Assembly: GCA_051886195.1 (NCBI GenBank)
Contig: JBJEXW010000037.1
Location: 7,831-71,830, forward strand
From: Clostridia bacterium
GTDB taxonomy: Bacteria; Bacillota; Clostridia; TANB77; CAG-465
Direction of reading: 5' to 3'
DNA length: 64,000 nt
Shown: positions 9,552 to 18,735 of the stretch, in pieces
How positions within the stretch are numbered: the first letter of the stretch is position 1
How the letters are laid out: every line of letters begins with the position of its first letter
Program-made: the position numbers and the translations under genes
Notes under the pieces: generated by a model
What the model was told of the DNA's origin: nothing
Databases searched by the model: none
What the model saw: only the letters and a program-made list of their open reading frames with translations

Positions 9552-9956
9552 ATGAGAATTTCTACAAAAGGAAGATATGCATTAAATATAATGGTTGATT
9601 TAGCGAAAAATTCAAGTGAGGACAAGTATATATCATTAACTGAAATTTCTAAGAGACTTGAAATATCAAATAAGTATTTAGAACAAATTATATCTGCTTT
9701 AAATAAAAATAACTTAGTACTTAGCACTAGAGGAAATAATGGTGGATATAAACTTGCAAGAAAGCCAGAAGAATATATAATTGGAGATATTTTAAGAGCA
9801 ACAGAGGGAAATCTTTCTCCAATAGATTGTTTATCTACAGGACGTGTTAATAGCTGTCCTAAAAAGAGTAAGTGTGCAACATTATCTTTTTGGCAAGGAT
9901 TAGATAAAGCTATAGAAGATTATGTGGATAGTAAGACACTTGCAGACTTAATATAA
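9552..9956 (+). CDS. Rrf2-family transcriptional regulator (IscR-like, three-Cys type)
   Basis: N-terminal MRISTKGRYAL wHTH typical of the Rrf2 family. The Cys triad C93/C102/C108 (IDCLSTGRVNSCPKKSKC) resembles the IscR cluster ligands. The ATG directly abuts the sufU stop. Confidence 0.85.
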   Translation: MRISTKGRYALNIMVDLAKNSSEDKYISLTEISKRLEISNKYLEQIISALNKNNLVLSTRGNNGGYKLARKPEEYIIGDILRATEGNLSPIDCLSTGRVNSCPKKSKCATLSFWQGLDKAIEDYVDSKTLADLI

Positions 9957-9980
9957 AAAAGGAGATAATAAGTAAATATA

Positions 9981-11123
9981 ATGGAAAATGTATATTTAGA
10001 CAATAGTGCTACCACAAAAATGGATGAGAGAGTATTAGAAGAAATGTTACCATATTTGAAAGAAGATTATGGAAATGCATCTAGTCTTTACAGTTTGGGG
10101 AGAAAAAGCAAAAAGGCTATAGAAGACTCAAGAGAAAAAGTAGCAATTATTTTAAATTGTAGACCTGATGAAATATATTTTACTTCAGGTGGAAGTGAAT
10201 CAGATAATACTGCAATAAAAGGAATAGCAAGAGCAAATAGAAAAAAAGGAAACCATATTATTACATCTAAAATAGAACATTTAGCAGTTCTTGATACATG
10301 TAAAGAACTAGAAAAAGAAGGCTTTGAAGTAACATATTTAGATGTTGATAGTAAAGGAAAAGTCAATATAGAAGAATTAAAAAAAGCAATTAGAAAAGAT
10401 ACTATATTAATTAGTATAATGTATGCTAATAATGAAATAGGAACTATACAAGATATATTTGAAATTGGAAGAATAGCAAGAGAAAATAATGTGTATTTCC
10501 ATACAGATGCTGTACAAGCTATGGGAAATCTAGATATAGATGTACAAGCGCAAAATATAGATAGTCTTTCTTTATCTGGACATAAATTTTATGGACCTAA
10601 GGGAATAGGCGTGTTATATGTAAGAAAAAATGTTAAATTTAACAAGTTCATTGCTGGAGGACATCAGGAAAGAAATAAAAGAGCTGGAACAGAAAATGTA
10701 GCGAATATTGTTGGTCTTTCTAAAGCTCTTGAAATATCATATAATGAATTGAAAGAACATAGAGAAAAAATATTATATTTAAGAAATTATTACGAAGAAA
10801 AAATAAAGCAAAATATAGATAATATCATAATAAATGGAGACGAAAAAAATAGATTACCAGGAAATAGCAATATTTCTTTTATTGGTGTAAATGGACAAGA
10901 TTTACTATTAAATTTAGATATGATAGGAATTTGTGTATCAAGTGGAAGTGCTTGTACATCTGGTTCAATAGATGCTTCTCATGTACTTATTGCATTAGGC
11001 GTAAAAGAAGAGGTAGCTAAATCATCAATTAGAGTATCTATAGGAAAATATAATACTAAGGAAGAAATAGATTATTTAGTTGAGAATTTAATAGAAATTG
11101 TGAAAAGACAAAGAAAAATATAG
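9981..11123 (+). CDS. cysteine desulfurase, NifS/IscS class I
   Basis: PLP-lysine context LSGHKFYGPKGIGVLYV and active-site loop SSGSACTSGS. Length is 380 aa. Confidence 0.9.
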   Translation: MENVYLDNSATTKMDERVLEEMLPYLKEDYGNASSLYSLGRKSKKAIEDSREKVAIILNCRPDEIYFTSGGSESDNTAIKGIARANRKKGNHIITSKIEHLAVLDTCKELEKEGFEVTYLDVDSKGKVNIEELKKAIRKDTILISIMYANNEIGTIQDIFEIGRIARENNVYFHTDAVQAMGNLDIDVQAQNIDSLSLSGHKFYGPKGIGVLYVRKNVKFNKFIAGGHQERNKRAGTENVANIVGLSKALEISYNELKEHREKILYLRNYYEEKIKQNIDNIIINGDEKNRLPGNSNISFIGVNGQDLLLNLDMIGICVSSGSACTSGSIDASHVLIALGVKEEVAKSSIRVSIGKYNTKEEIDYLVENLIEIVKRQRKI

Positions 11124-11137
11124 TTTGGAGGAAAGAA

Positions 11138-12205
11138 ATGAAAAGTGTACTATTAGGAATGAGTGGTGGAGTAGATAGCTCAGTAAGTGCAGTATTATTA
11201 CAAGAACAAGGCTATAAAGTATATGGCGTAACAATGAAGTTGTTTAGCGGTGAAGATGAAAGAACAGAGGCTTGTTGTGGACTATCTGCTACATCTGATG
11301 CTAAAAGAGTTTGTGATAAGTTAGGAATACCTCATTACACAATTAATTTTGAAAAAGAATTTAAAGAGCAAGTAATAGATAAGTTCATAAATGAATATCA
11401 AAATTGTAGAACTCCTAATCCTTGTATAGATTGTAATAGATACTTAAAGTTTGGAGCAATGTATGAACTTGCAAAAAAACTTAATATAGATTATATTGCA
11501 ACAGGACATTACGCAAAAGTAGAGTATAGCGAAGAATATGGAAAATATGTAATAAGAAAGTCTAAAGCAGCTAAAAAAGATCAAACTTATGTATTATATA
11601 ATATACCAAGTGAATTAGTTGAACATGTAATATTTCCTCTTTCAGATTTTGAGTCAAAAGATGAAATTAGAAAAATAGCTAAAGAACATGAGCTTCCAGT
11701 AGCAGAAAAACCAGAGAGCCAAGAAATTTGCTTTATTACAGATAATGACTATGTTAATTTTCTTGAAAAACATAATATTCAAGGAATGAAACATGGTAAA
11801 ATTGTTGATACAAAAGGTACTATTCTTGGAAAACATCAAGGATTACATAGATATACAATTGGTCAAAGAAGAGGAATGGGAATTTCAAGTAGTACCCCAC
11901 TTTATGTAGTTGAACTTAATAAAGAAAAAAATCAGTTAATTGTAGGAAAGGAAGAAGAACTTTATACAGATACAGTTCTTGTTGAAGATATAAATAGTAT
12001 TCTTTTTGAAAAATTTACAGAAGGACTAGAAGTAGATGCTAAAATAAGATATTCAGCTCCTGCCAAACCAGCTATAATTCATATAAATGAAGATAATACG
12101 TTAACAGTAAAATTTAAAGAAAAGGTAAGAGCAGTTACACCTGGACAAGCTATTGCGTTTTATATTGGAGATATACTTGCTGGTGGAGGAAAAATAATAA
12201 AATAG
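11138..12205 (+). CDS. mnmA: tRNA 2-thiouridine(34) synthase MnmA
   Basis: PP-loop MSGGVDSSVSA and the CIDCNRYLKF context. Length is 355 aa. Confidence 0.95.
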   Translation: MKSVLLGMSGGVDSSVSAVLLQEQGYKVYGVTMKLFSGEDERTEACCGLSATSDAKRVCDKLGIPHYTINFEKEFKEQVIDKFINEYQNCRTPNPCIDCNRYLKFGAMYELAKKLNIDYIATGHYAKVEYSEEYGKYVIRKSKAAKKDQTYVLYNIPSELVEHVIFPLSDFESKDEIRKIAKEHELPVAEKPESQEICFITDNDYVNFLEKHNIQGMKHGKIVDTKGTILGKHQGLHRYTIGQRRGMGISSSTPLYVVELNKEKNQLIVGKEEELYTDTVLVEDINSILFEKFTEGLEVDAKIRYSAPAKPAIIHINEDNTLTVKFKEKVRAVTPGQAIAFYIGDILAGGGKIIK

Positions 12206-12236
12206 TAAAGAATTATATTCTTTACTATTTTATTTT
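12204..12236 (+). terminator. rho-independent terminator ending the suf-mnmA unit
   Basis: Stem AGTAAAGAA (12204-12212) / TTCTTTACT (12218-12226), followed by ATTTTATTTT. Confidence 0.7.
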
Positions 12237-12280
12237 ATATATGATATAATCATTGTATAATTATAAGGAGAAAAAAAGTA

Positions 12281-12772
12281 ATGGATGGTAAGTTAAGAAA
12301 TATGACATCAGTATATTTGTATGATGATAACAATAGAATGCTATTGCTATACAGAATTGGTTCAAAGGTAATTAATGACTCGTATACTGGAACAGCTGGA
12401 GGACATTTTGAAAAAGAAGAATTAAATGATGCTAAAAAATGTGTATTAAGAGAACTAAATGAAGAAACAGGCCTTACAATAAAAGACATTTCAAATTTAG
12501 AGTTAAGATATATTACTTTAAAATATAAAAATGGTGAAATAAGACAAAATTATTATTTCTTTGCAAAATTAAATGATAAAAAACGAGAATTGAAAAGTAT
12601 AGAGGGAAAATTAAAATGGTTTAGCTATGATGAAATGTCAACACTTGAAATGCCATTTACTGCAAAGTATGTAGTAGAACATTATATTAGAAAAGGCAAA
12701 AATAATCATAAATTATATGGTGGAATAGCTAGTGAAGACGGAATAAATTTTATTGAGTTAAAAGATTTTTAA
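12281..12772 (+). CDS. NUDIX hydrolase
   Basis: Nudix box GGHFEKEELNDAKKCVLRELNEETGL. Confidence 0.75.
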   Translation: MDGKLRNMTSVYLYDDNNRMLLLYRIGSKVINDSYTGTAGGHFEKEELNDAKKCVLRELNEETGLTIKDISNLELRYITLKYKNGEIRQNYYFFAKLNDKKRELKSIEGKLKWFSYDEMSTLEMPFTAKYVVEHYIRKGKNNHKLYGGIASEDGINFIELKDF

Positions 12773-12786
12773 CATAGAGGTTTATT

Positions 12787-13437
12787 ATGAAAAAAGGAAT
12801 AATAATAGGAGCGATAATTACAATATTAATTTTTTTAGTATCAGCATATATTAGTATTTTTTATATAAAAGATTTTAAAAATTATTATTCAAATGAAGAT
12901 TTTGATATAGAAAAATATATAAGTACTATAGACAAAGATGGAGATGGAATAGACGACCAAACAGATATACTTAATAATGTAAGGGAATACATTTCAAAAA
13001 ATCCTAAATATAAAAGTCAATATTATAATACAGGGTATCCAAATGATGAGTATGGTGTTTGTACAGATGTAATTGCATTTGGATGTTTAGGCGCAGGATA
13101 TAATCTCATGGAACTTGTAAATGAAGATATAATGGCCAATCCTCAAAATTATAATATAGAAAATATAGATAAAAATATAGATTTTAGAAGAGTTAAGAAT
13201 TTAAAAGTATATTTAGACAATAATACCATATCTTTGACTACAGATATTTATGATATAGATAAGTGGCAAGGTGGAGATATCATTGTTTTTGAAAAACATA
13301 TAGGTATAGTTTCAGATAAAAGAAATAGTAAGGGAATTCCATATGTGATTCATCATGCAAATCCATATCAATTAAATTATGAAGAAGACTTCTTAGAATA
13401 TAGAAATGATATAGTTGGTCATTATAGGATATCTTAA
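12787..13437 (+). CDS. DUF1287-like membrane-anchored protein
   Basis: N-terminal TM helix. The GVCTDVIAF ... GDIIVFEKHIGIVSDKRNSKGIPYVIHH pattern resembles the DUF1287 family. This is a family call by eye. Confidence 0.6.
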   Translation: MKKGIIIGAIITILIFLVSAYISIFYIKDFKNYYSNEDFDIEKYISTIDKDGDGIDDQTDILNNVREYISKNPKYKSQYYNTGYPNDEYGVCTDVIAFGCLGAGYNLMELVNEDIMANPQNYNIENIDKNIDFRRVKNLKVYLDNNTISLTTDIYDIDKWQGGDIIVFEKHIGIVSDKRNSKGIPYVIHHANPYQLNYEEDFLEYRNDIVGHYRIS

Positions 13438-13455
13438 ATTAATAATATAAGTAAA

Positions 13456-13486
13456 AAAGGAAGCTAGTATATTTAGCTTCCTTTTT
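13456..13486 (+). terminator. rho-independent terminator
   Basis: Stem AAAGGAAGCTA / TAGCTTCCTTT followed by a T run. Confidence 0.8.
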
Positions 13487-13570
13487 AAAAGTAATATAAA
13501 TTATTTTGTTTTTTATCATAAAAGTAGCATAGTAGAATATATTTGTATTAAGTTTACTTGGAGGTAGAAA

Positions 13571-15049
13571 ATGAAGGATATTGAAATATATAAAGATATA
13601 TCAAAAAGAACAAATGGAGACATATATATTGGTGTAGTTGGACCTGTAAGGACTGGTAAGTCAACATTTATCAAAAACTTTATGCAGAGCTTTGTTATAC
13701 CAAATATTCAGAATGAATATAAAAAAGATCGTGCATTAGATGAACTTCCACAAAGCGCATCTGGTAAAACAATAATGACAACAGAGCCCAAGTTTATTCC
13801 CAATGAATCAGTAGAAATATGTTTGGACAATAATGTCAGATTTAAAACAAGGCTTGTTGATTGTGTTGGATATTTAGTTGATGGAGCTGTGGGACATATG
13901 GAGGATGATATGCCTCGTATGGTAAAAACTCCATGGTCTGAAGAGAGTATTCCTTTTTCAAGAGCTGCAGAAATTGGAACAAAAAAAGTAATTACTGATC
14001 ATTCTACAATAGGAATTGTTGTAACTACAGATGGATCAATTACAGATATAGACAGAAAAAGCTATGTTGAGGCAGAAGAACGTGTAATACGAGAACTAAA
14101 ACAGATAAATAAGCCATATATAGTTATATTAAATTCAACAGATCCTAATGGTAAAGAGGCTAAAAACTTAGAAAAAGAATTAAGTGAAAAATATAATTCT
14201 AGAGTTATTAGTATGGATATTGAAAATATGAAAGAAGAAGATTTTTCAAATATATTTGAACGTGTACTTGAAGAATTCCCGGTAACAGAGATAGGGTTTG
14301 ACCTGCCTGAATGGTTTAGCGTATTAAATTTAAATCACTGGTTAAAGCAAGATATTATTGGAGTAGTAAAAGATTTTCTAGATAAGGAATATTCTATTCG
14401 AGAAATAAATCAGATGCTAGATAAAATAAATGAAAACGATATATTTAAAAAAGTATATGTTAAAGATGCAAATATGGAATCTGGTAATGTTAAAGTTGAA
14501 ATGGATATTACACCAGAAATATTTTATAGAGTATTAAGTGAAGAATCTAATTTCGATGTTAAGTCAGATGCAGATATATTCTCATTACTTAGAAATTTTG
14601 CAGAAACTAAATCTGAATATGATAAAATAGCAATGGCTATGGAAGAGGTGAGAATAAAGGGGTATGGAATAATTACTCCAACAATGGATGAATTAAAACT
14701 TGAAGAACCAGAAATAGTTAAACAAGGAAATAAATATGGTGTCAAACTTAAAGCAAGCGCACCAAGTATTCATATGATTAGAGCAGATATTGAAACAGAA
14801 GTATCACCTATTGTAGGTAGTGAAAAACAATCAGAGGACTTAGTGAAGTACTTACTTTCAGAATTTGAAACAGATCCAAAGAAAATATGGGAATCAAATA
14901 TATTTGGAAAATCTTTACATGAGTTAGTAAATGAGGGATTACACAATAAATTATACAGAATGCCAGATGAAGCTCAAATGAAACTTCAAGAAACTTTACA
15001 AAAAATAATAAATGAAGGTAGTGGAGGATTAATTTGTATAATTTTATAA
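13571..15049 (+). CDS. spoIVA: stage IV sporulation protein A (spore coat morphogenetic ATPase)
   Basis: 492 aa. N-terminus IYIGVVGPVRTGKSTFIK (Walker A) and overall collinearity with SpoIVA. RBS GGAGG lies upstream. Confidence 0.95.
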   Translation: MKDIEIYKDISKRTNGDIYIGVVGPVRTGKSTFIKNFMQSFVIPNIQNEYKKDRALDELPQSASGKTIMTTEPKFIPNESVEICLDNNVRFKTRLVDCVGYLVDGAVGHMEDDMPRMVKTPWSEESIPFSRAAEIGTKKVITDHSTIGIVVTTDGSITDIDRKSYVEAEERVIRELKQINKPYIVILNSTDPNGKEAKNLEKELSEKYNSRVISMDIENMKEEDFSNIFERVLEEFPVTEIGFDLPEWFSVLNLNHWLKQDIIGVVKDFLDKEYSIREINQMLDKINENDIFKKVYVKDANMESGNVKVEMDITPEIFYRVLSEESNFDVKSDADIFSLLRNFAETKSEYDKIAMAMEEVRIKGYGIITPTMDELKLEEPEIVKQGNKYGVKLKASAPSIHMIRADIETEVSPIVGSEKQSEDLVKYLLSEFETDPKKIWESNIFGKSLHELVNEGLHNKLYRMPDEAQMKLQETLQKIINEGSGGLICIIL

Positions 15050-15058
15050 CATAAAAGA

Positions 15059-15087
15059 AGCGTTACAGTAAGATGTAATGCTTTTTT
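15059..15087 (+). terminator. rho-independent terminator of spoIVA
   Basis: Stem AGCGTTACA / TGTAATGCT (one G-T pair) followed by T6. Confidence 0.75.
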
Positions 15088-15681
15088 GTAGTTAATTTTC
15101 AAATTTAAATAAAAATAAGAAGATATAATATATATCAACTATATTATAAAATTTGTTTTTTTGAATATAAAAGTTTTAAAAATAAAAATTACTTAAAGCA
15201 TATAAATTGAAAAAAAATAGAATTTTTTGAAGAAATTTGACAAAAAGTGTGACAAAACTACTGCTTTTGTCGTCTATATTATAGAGAGACTCTAAATATT
15301 GGATAATTTAGGATTAATAATGTAAGAGAATAAGAATGAAATTTAATTAAAAATTATAAAATATTATAGAGAAATAAGGTTAGATATAAATTATATTATC
15401 TAGAAAAAAACATGCATAATTAACGTTAAAAGGTAAAGAAAACTCTGATTTTTAATCAGAGATGTTTTCATGCTTTTGAAAAGACTGAAACACTTAAATA
15501 TAAGTTAAAAACTGAATAAAAGTTGACATATAATAGAGATGAATGATGTAATATTGACACATCAAGAGAACGTTGCTAGATTTTTAATAATAATCTAGAA
15601 GGGAGGTGGAGTTTCTTACACCGATTTTATTATCATCATAAGACTTACAAAAAATTTAATAATTTTAAGGAGGAAATGCTT

Positions 15682-16362
15682 ATGAGTAAAAAAATTTTAT
15701 CTTTATCACTTATTGTTATTACATTATGCTCTGTTATTATTACATCAAATGTTTATGCTGCAACAGAGAATGAAAAGCAAGAAACATTTCTTGTAAATGA
15801 AATTGATAGAAGTGTCAATTTAAAAAATAGTGCTTTGCCTACAAGTAATATAACGTCGCAATATTTTTTGCTTTATTATGATAATTTTAGAGTATATAAT
15901 CCAACAGAGTTCTCACAATTTCAATATGGAAATAATTGTGGAATTAATTTTGTAGCAAATGTATTATCATACTTTAAAAGACTAGGATTTAATTTATATA
16001 GCGGAGATATAACACAGGCTATGTATGACGATATAGCGTCTTTAATTAATTATAATCCTTCGGAAGGAACAAGAGTATATAAGCTATTTAATGCAATAGA
16101 AACCTATGCTAAAAGAGCTGGGTATAAGGCTGAAACAACTGACTACTTGTTAGATTTGTGGTCTGATGTTACAAGAGATATAAAGTTGGGATATCCAGTA
16201 TTAGCTGATACTGGTGATCATGTTTATATGGTAGTAGGGTATAGAATAATCGATGGTATAAAGCAATTATATGTTATAACAAATAAAGAAGGCGCTAATT
16301 ATGGATGGATTAATTTTGATGGTGCAAATTTACAAATGAGAAGCTATAATATAACATATTAG
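15682..16362 (+). CDS. secreted papain-fold/C39-like cysteine peptidase candidate
   Basis: Signal peptide ending VYA-AT. The QYGNNCG context places a Gln six residues before the candidate nucleophile Cys, and a later GDHVYMVVGY supplies a candidate His. The ATG at 15682 lies 8 nt after GGAGG and is preferred over 15676. Confidence 0.5.
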   Translation: MSKKILSLSLIVITLCSVIITSNVYAATENEKQETFLVNEIDRSVNLKNSALPTSNITSQYFLLYYDNFRVYNPTEFSQFQYGNNCGINFVANVLSYFKRLGFNLYSGDITQAMYDDIASLINYNPSEGTRVYKLFNAIETYAKRAGYKAETTDYLLDLWSDVTRDIKLGYPVLADTGDHVYMVVGYRIIDGIKQLYVITNKEGANYGWINFDGANLQMRSYNITY

Positions 16363-16376
16363 TATATTTAAATTAA

Positions 16377-16407
16377 AAGAATATCTTAGAATAAGATATT
16401 CTTTTTT
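16377..16407 (+). terminator. rho-independent terminator
   Basis: Stem AAGAATATCTTA / TAAGATATTCTT followed by T6. Confidence 0.8.
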
Positions 16408-16430
16408 ATAAATAATTATATAAAGTAATA

Positions 16431-16459
16431 TTGCTAATGAACATAGAATAATATATAAT
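16431..16459 (+). promoter_or_regulatory. sigma-A-type promoter
   Basis: TTGCTA, 17-nt spacer, TATAAT, about 27 nt upstream of the ATG at 16486. Confidence 0.55.
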
Positions 16460-16485
16460 ATTTATATATTAGTGGAGGTATATAT

Positions 16486-16935
16486 ATGAATAAAAAAAGC
16501 ATTATAATTACAATAGCTATTTTCATCGTAATTGTAGCACTATTTCTTTTATGGAGATTTGTAATTGGATTTAAACTTACTACAGAAAGTAAATTTAGAA
16601 ATGTTGTAAAAAATATTTCAGATATGAGTGTCTACATTGTAGGTAATGATGATCAAAGAGTTGAAATAGGTAATTCAGACGATGTAAATGAAATTTTGGA
16701 GATGTTATCTACAGCTAAAGTTAAAAGAACAACAGACTTGTGGATTGGAGGAGCGTATAGAATAGACCTTGTAAATAAAAAAACTAACGATGTAGTAAAA
16801 GTAATTGTACATCCAGTTCAAGTAAGAATGTTCAATAAAGTATATTCTTTTTGTGATGCGGATAATAACGTATATCAAAAAATAAAAGAAATATTAAAAA
16901 AATACATTGGAGAATCAACTGGTTTTACAAACTAA
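16486..16935 (+). CDS. membrane-anchored hypothetical protein
   Basis: 149 aa. RBS GGAGG, one N-terminal TM helix, no recognisable motif. Confidence 0.55.
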   Translation: MNKKSIIITIAIFIVIVALFLLWRFVIGFKLTTESKFRNVVKNISDMSVYIVGNDDQRVEIGNSDDVNEILEMLSTAKVKRTTDLWIGGAYRIDLVNKKTNDVVKVIVHPVQVRMFNKVYSFCDADNNVYQKIKEILKKYIGESTGFTN

Positions 16936-17060
16936 TATGTAAATAAAAAATAATTACTTTAATATTACTATTTAAGATTAGTAATATTATGTTATAATAT
17001 AAGTAGATATATGAGTATTGGAAATTTTTAACTCATATGTCGATTGTCAGTGGTGGCATG

Positions 17061-17097
17061 TGAGATATGTTTTATAGCATATCTCATTATTTTTTTA
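17061..17097 (+). terminator. rho-independent terminator inside an intergenic region
   Basis: Stem TGAGATATG / CATATCTCA followed by TTATTTTTTT. It lies 125 nt after the stop at 16935 and downstream of an extended -10 element. Confidence 0.6.
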
Positions 17098-17208
17098 TAT
17101 GATTTTTTAAAAAATTGAGGTTTAACTCAACGTCTTTTAATGTATAATAAATATTTTTTAACATCTACTTTATTTTTATATGCTTACATATAGTTAGGAG
17201 GGATATAT

Positions 17209-17676
17209 ATGAAATTAAATAAAAATATAGTAATGTTAATTGTTTTATGTGTTGTTGTTCTTTTAGCAGTGATAGCAGTATTTTTTGTAAATAAAAATAG
17301 TATAAATAATTGCATAAAAGATGAAAAGGTACAAGTAGAAACATTAAAAGAAATATATAAAGACATGTTTAGTAATTTAAATACTCAAGATGTAAATATA
17401 GTTTTAGATGAAACAGCCTTAAAAAATATTTTAACAGATGAGAGATTTTCAGAAGAAAATGTTACTAAATTACAAGAAGTTGAAAAAAATGTAGAAGGAG
17501 CACAAAGTACATATACATTATATACTAAGTATTCAAAAGATACAGAAGTTATAGCAATTGAAGTTAATGGAAGTGGTGTAAAAAATTCAAAAAGAATTCA
17601 ACAATATAAGTTAAATGTGAAAAATAGTAAGCTAAATTTTGAACGTTATAAAGCAGGAACTACAATAGTTGAATAA
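17209..17676 (+). CDS. membrane-anchored hypothetical protein
   Basis: 155 aa. RBS AGGAGGG, one N-terminal TM helix, no recognisable motif. Confidence 0.55.
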   Translation: MKLNKNIVMLIVLCVVVLLAVIAVFFVNKNSINNCIKDEKVQVETLKEIYKDMFSNLNTQDVNIVLDETALKNILTDERFSEENVTKLQEVEKNVEGAQSTYTLYTKYSKDTEVIAIEVNGSGVKNSKRIQQYKLNVKNSKLNFERYKAGTTIVE

Positions 17677-17693
17677 AAGTAAATTGTGGAGAA

Positions 17694-17719
17694 AAAGGTG
17701 CATTATATGTACCTTTTTT
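17694..17719 (+). terminator. rho-independent terminator
   Basis: Stem AAAGGTGCA / TGTACCTTT followed by a T run. Confidence 0.75.
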
Positions 17720-17856
17720 GCTATTGAATATAATTAAGTATTAATATTCTAGTTTATTTTTATGTTTTAGTATGTTAATATATTAGAAAAGAATTTTAGG
17801 TCATATTAAAAAGATATAATTTAAAAGTAAAAATTAAAATATAGAGGAGAATTTGT

Positions 17857-18633
17857 ATGAAAAAATGTACTAAAATAATATTTAGCATTTTACTAACAAT
17901 AAGTTTAATATTAGTAACAATGAGCTTCATAGGTGAAAATATAGTTGTAAAGACTTTTTCTCAAGAAATATTATCTAAAAAAATATCTGGATATTTCTTA
18001 GATGAAATTGTATATGATGTGGATATAGAAGAATTAGGAAAGATAGAGGATAATGTTAGAGCAAGCAAATATACAGATAGAATAACTTCAAAGTTTATAC
18101 GAGTTATAGTGGAAAATGTAGGAAATAGTGATGATATAAAATTTGATATATCTAAGGAAGTAGACTCATTAATTTTAGAGAATATGCCTGAAAAATTTTA
18201 TAGTGAAAAAGCAGATACTACTAAAGAATATTTGAACAAAAATATTGTAAGAATTGAGAAAGATTTGGAAGAAAGTTTAATTTATTCGTTTGGAAATTCT
18301 TATATTATTATTTTAAAGTTATATAGTATATTAACTAATATTTGGTTTAGAATATTTATGATAATAATATGTATTATAGCTATAATAGCTTTAGTAGTAG
18401 AAGAAAAAAATAAGGCATTAAAAGCAATTGCAATAAGTAACATAATTACAATGATAGTTACAATAATAACATTTATTATAATAAAATTACTGCTTAATTT
18501 TATAGATCAAAGACTTACTGGAGGATGGTTAAGTAATATATATTTAAGAGGAATGTTCATTTTAATTATGTTTGAATTTATTATTAATTTAATACTAGTT
18601 ATTAGTACAATAAAATTAAAAAGAAACAATTAG
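17857..18633 (+). CDS. polytopic membrane protein, unknown function
   Basis: 258 aa. RBS GAGGAG. One N-terminal TM, a ~140-aa loop, then three or more C-terminal TM helices. Confidence 0.6.
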   Translation: MKKCTKIIFSILLTISLILVTMSFIGENIVVKTFSQEILSKKISGYFLDEIVYDVDIEELGKIEDNVRASKYTDRITSKFIRVIVENVGNSDDIKFDISKEVDSLILENMPEKFYSEKADTTKEYLNKNIVRIEKDLEESLIYSFGNSYIIILKLYSILTNIWFRIFMIIICIIAIIALVVEEKNKALKAIAISNIITMIVTIITFIIIKLLLNFIDQRLTGGWLSNIYLRGMFILIMFEFIINLILVISTIKLKRNN

Positions 18634-18735
18634 TAAATCATTATTGACGAAAAAACAGAAAACGTTTTATATTGCTTGTAATTTCTTGACAAAACTTTAA
18701 ATAATGATAAAATATGTCTTGAAAGAGGAATGAAT

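Noticed and set aside
13487-13570. Looked for a sigma-E-type sporulation promoter upstream of spoIVA
   Set aside because: CATA-containing elements are present (TCATAAA, CATAGTAG), but their spacing does not fit the -35/-10 consensus. I cannot support a call by eye.
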